A DNA stretch of 63,820 bases, counting the filler, from Myxococcota bacterium (GTDB lineage Bacteria; Myxococcota_C; UBA6777), in NCBI GenBank assembly GCA_023150835.1. It is 4 parts of 4 records of this genome, joined end to end, with 100 filler letters (N's around TTAATTAATTAA, not from the genome) between each part and the next. Parts side by side here need not be neighbours in the genome. Positions count along the whole stretch, not along the records: positions 56,245 to 63,820 come from JAKLKB010000195.1; 3 more parts are not named here. One strand, 5' to 3'. This document shows positions 61,078 through 63,820 of this stretch, piece after piece; positions within the stretch are counted from its first letter, which is position 1; each line of letters begins with the position of its first letter. Both the position numbers and the translations under genes were made by a program. Below the pieces are notes generated by a model. It did no database searches. It was given only the letters and a program-made list of their open reading frames with translations, and was not told the DNA's origin.

Positions 61078-61890
61078 TTGACCCCAGATATCCAAATCCT
61101 CTTTTCTGCCGTAGGGCTGGGCGTTGTCGTCTTTGGATGGCTGCATTACCTCTCCTTGATCGGCAAAGAAAAAGTCCCCAAGCATCCCCAGTTTTCTCTT
61201 TCCACGATGCTCGCAGGAAGCCTTCTTTCGCTCGCTCCTTGGATGGTGGCTGTTGCCCAACAGCTTCCGCTCTCTCTGTTTGCGGTCTCGCTCTCGATTC
61301 GAGCCGTCGGACTGGCCTTGTTTTTCGTGTACCTGTTGCGCCAAGCCCCACTCCCCGATCAACCGATCCGATTGCAGGTCAACGATCGTTTTCCACCCAT
61401 CCAAATCGTCGATGCCAACGGGCAATTACGCAACACCCAAGATCAGCAAGGCCAACGCTTTTTATTCAAGTTCTTTCGCGGCCATTGGTGACCGTACTGT
61501 TCCGCCGAGTTGCGGCGGTTTGAACAAATGAAGCCTCTCTTTGAAACCTACAACGTCGCTGTGTACGCTCTCAGCAAAGACACACCCGCTGAAGCCAAAG
61601 CTCACCAAGAACGCGATGCCTTGGGATTTGTGAGACTCTTCTGCGATCCAGCGATGCGGCATATCCGCGCATTGGGACTAGAGCACCACAAAGCTCTCGA
61701 ATTCAAAACGTGGGATATCTTGGGCATTCCGCTCGGCTATCCAAGCGGATTCAAAAGCATGGCGATCCCAACATCCATCCTTGTTGATGAAAACGGAAAC
61801 GTCCGATGGATCGACCAATCCGACGATTATCGGATGCGGGGCGATGCACAGCGCATCCAAGACGCCCTCCTCCAAAGCTTTGGGCCCTTA
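61078..61890 (+). CDS. Membrane-anchored AhpC/TSA (peroxiredoxin-like) protein with in-frame TGA, probably selenocysteine (U138-x-x-C); 3' end uncertain
   Basis: AAGGAG+TTG start, 3 TMs, FFRGHW-TGA-PYCSAEL continuing in frame into YALSKD...DP...AIPTSILVDENGNVRW thioredoxin-fold sequence; no in-frame stop until 63636. Confidence 0.8.
61502..61518 (+). promoter_or_regulatory. Candidate bacterial SECIS hairpin
   Basis: CCGCCG-AGTTG-CGGCGG; loop starts 16 nt after the TGA at 61489-61491 and has G in second position. Confidence 0.6.
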
Positions 61891-62097
61891 GCACAGAGAG
61901 GCCACGCAGTCGGCAAAAGCCCCCATGCCCGGGTGTTTCGTATCGCTCCTACACAAATCTCCTCCCGCCATCTCTGCTCTCCAACAATTTTTGATAAACC
62001 CGCCACCTTGACGACACAGAAAGAACCAGAAAGGCAACAACGCTTTTCCTTTCATTCTTTATCACAACAACACCCACACCGCCGATGGAGTCAGCCT

Positions 62098-63636
62098 ATG
62101 CGCACACCTACGCATCTGTACCTACCCTTTTGTCTGTTTTTTCTCGGAGGTTGCTGCACCTTGCCTGCCCCCCTCAACTTAACGGCCCCTGCGGATCTTC
62201 CGGCACATGTTTATTTCCGAACCCGCACAGAAACCTTTAACAAGAATTATGTTCTCGCTCTACGCGACGGGCGGATCTGGTACAAACACAACGTAGAAAA
62301 TACCCAAAAAAGCAGCGATTGGAAATTGCTTGGGCGAACAGGAAGGCCCGAAGGATGCGGGTTGTCGAAGTTTGGCGTCCCCAAAAACCTCGTGTCGCTG
62401 TCTGCGGATGGTATCCATCTTCAAGTTCTAGGGGAAAATCAGGTCATTTATCGCGCCACCAATCTTCGAGAAGATATCGAAAAAGGGGTGGAATGGAACG
62501 ATAGTTGGGGATGGCCGATGGCCGGTGGACCCGGACTCAAAAGCGAGTGGGGGTCTCAAACAATCTGGGATGTCGCAGATGCCCACACCTTCGACCTCAA
62601 ATACTACGAAGACGCCAACGGAACACGCCATCACATCGGCTTGGGCGTTGCGCACATCTACGTGCTCGATCCCGAAAAGAAAAAGATCCATTACAACGAC
62701 TGGTGGCTGCCTGCGGATTGGAGCCGCCAAGTGTGCGGCCCCCAACGCGGAACCTTCAAAGCGATCCAGATGAGCGTTAGCGGTTCGACACTCTTCGTGA
62801 TCAACCAACAGGGCGAGATGTTTACACGCCTCTATGACTTCGATACCTCGGGAGAAAACCCCTTCCTGACTTATACATTCGTCCAAACACAACCCGCCCC
62901 TCACGTTCGCCGTATCCCGATCCCTGACTGGCACCGCCAGCCTGCGATCTCGTCGGGACGCATCACCTCGCGCATCACCATATTTCAAGACGGCGAAGGC
63001 AACGCAGCGCGAACGCTTCGGGTGGAAGGCGAACAAAACGGCGTGGCCGGCTTTTTTCACAAAAAGATCTTCGCGCCAACTTGGGCGTTTCAAGCAACGC
63101 ACCACACGATCAAAACTCCCTTCCTTTCGGACACAACGCAACCTGCTCCCCAATCCACGTTCACCAACGCCGAAGAGATCCGCTACAGCGGAACCCTTCG
63201 GCGCGAAGATCTCGGTCGCACGCTACAAGTCGAATTCCAAGGCTTCCACTTTGTCTGCTCTCCTTCTTCCTTGCGCGTCCTATTTGAGGGAAAACCTGTT
63301 TTGCAAAAAGACGGAACCCCCTTGTTGCTCACCTTTCACCACGTCCACACGATGGTCACACAGATCCGTCCCCGCGACTATTGGCAAAAAGGCACCAAGG
63401 CCCCCATCCGCGCAGGCTTAATTTCTCCAAAGGATTTCTCTGTTATCTCAAACGATCAAGCGCGCACGATGCTTCGCGAATTTTTCGGCGACCTCTCCGT
63501 CATCAATCTGAGCGGCGAAGCCTCCACACAAACCCTGAAAATGAAAGAGCTTACACGCGGCGAACTCTTCCGCGCACCCGACGAAGAAAAAGCCCACACC
63601 GCTCGCTTTGTACTGGACCTTTCCGTCGCAAAATAA
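62098..63636 (+). CDS. Hypothetical lipoprotein
   Basis: GGAG then ATG 62098; signal peptide with lipobox LGGC; Trp-rich beta-type body. Confidence 0.7.
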   Translation: MRTPTHLYLPFCLFFLGGCCTLPAPLNLTAPADLPAHVYFRTRTETFNKNYVLALRDGRIWYKHNVENTQKSSDWKLLGRTGRPEGCGLSKFGVPKNLVSLSADGIHLQVLGENQVIYRATNLREDIEKGVEWNDSWGWPMAGGPGLKSEWGSQTIWDVADAHTFDLKYYEDANGTRHHIGLGVAHIYVLDPEKKKIHYNDWWLPADWSRQVCGPQRGTFKAIQMSVSGSTLFVINQQGEMFTRLYDFDTSGENPFLTYTFVQTQPAPHVRRIPIPDWHRQPAISSGRITSRITIFQDGEGNAARTLRVEGEQNGVAGFFHKKIFAPTWAFQATHHTIKTPFLSDTTQPAPQSTFTNAEEIRYSGTLRREDLGRTLQVEFQGFHFVCSPSSLRVLFEGKPVLQKDGTPLLLTFHHVHTMVTQIRPRDYWQKGTKAPIRAGLISPKDFSVISNDQARTMLREFFGDLSVINLSGEASTQTLKMKELTRGELFRAPDEEKAHTARFVLDLSVAK

Positions 63637-63759
63637 AGCCGCTCATTGCGTGGTGTGGTGGGGCTTTGCCCCACGCCCCACAAGGGCTTTCTCTTGGACA
63701 CTTTATGTGTAAGTGGTTAGAATGACAAGCAGCGCTTTTTAAGGTACAAGAAGGAGACG

Positions 63760-63820
63760 ATGATGTACTACATAAAGTCTGAAAGAGAATGGGCAAAAAA
63801 AACTTTAAACACAGCCAAGT
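63760..63820 (+). CDS. Possible start of a CDS truncated by the window end
   Basis: AAGGAG followed by ATG ATG and an open frame to the end. Confidence 0.35.
   Translation, partial: MMYYIKSEREWAKKTLNTAK

Overview
The window is four unrelated contigs joined by artificial N/TTAATTAATTAA linkers (19025-19124, 37687-37786, 56145-56244). They probably come from one Myxococcota/deltaproteobacterial genome: the same repeat families occur on all four, and there are myxobacterial-type Cys-rich proteins and a MYXO-CTERM-like tail. Recognisable genes are rtcA, hflX, hutI, pgi, a short glmU, rplU-rpmA-obgE, an ECF sigma/ZAS anti-sigma pair, a RegB-like kinase, an orphan gspC, an ABC transporter and several large secreted Cys-rich or propeller proteins. 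Three observations stand out. (1) A 76-nt tRNA with a UCA anticodon, a short variable arm and an extra 3' base (38019-38094), so not a canonical tRNA-Sec, sits inside a long hairpin formed by flanking inverted repeats. (2) An array of at least three Gly-rich genes has C-terminal ~42 aa that align gaplessly by eye with type III secretion needle subunits (PrgI/YscF); a CxxCxxCC (YkgJ/FliB-like) gene and a DOT1-like methyltransferase follow directly. (3) A membrane-anchored AhpC/TSA gene has an in-frame TGA in a W-U-P-Y-C motif and a SECIS-like hairpin, making it a likely selenoprotein that the ORF track splits in two. The DNA also shows strong strand compositional skew, apparent GATC enrichment and several REP/MITE-like families. 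All calls are from visual inspection; no database searches were run.
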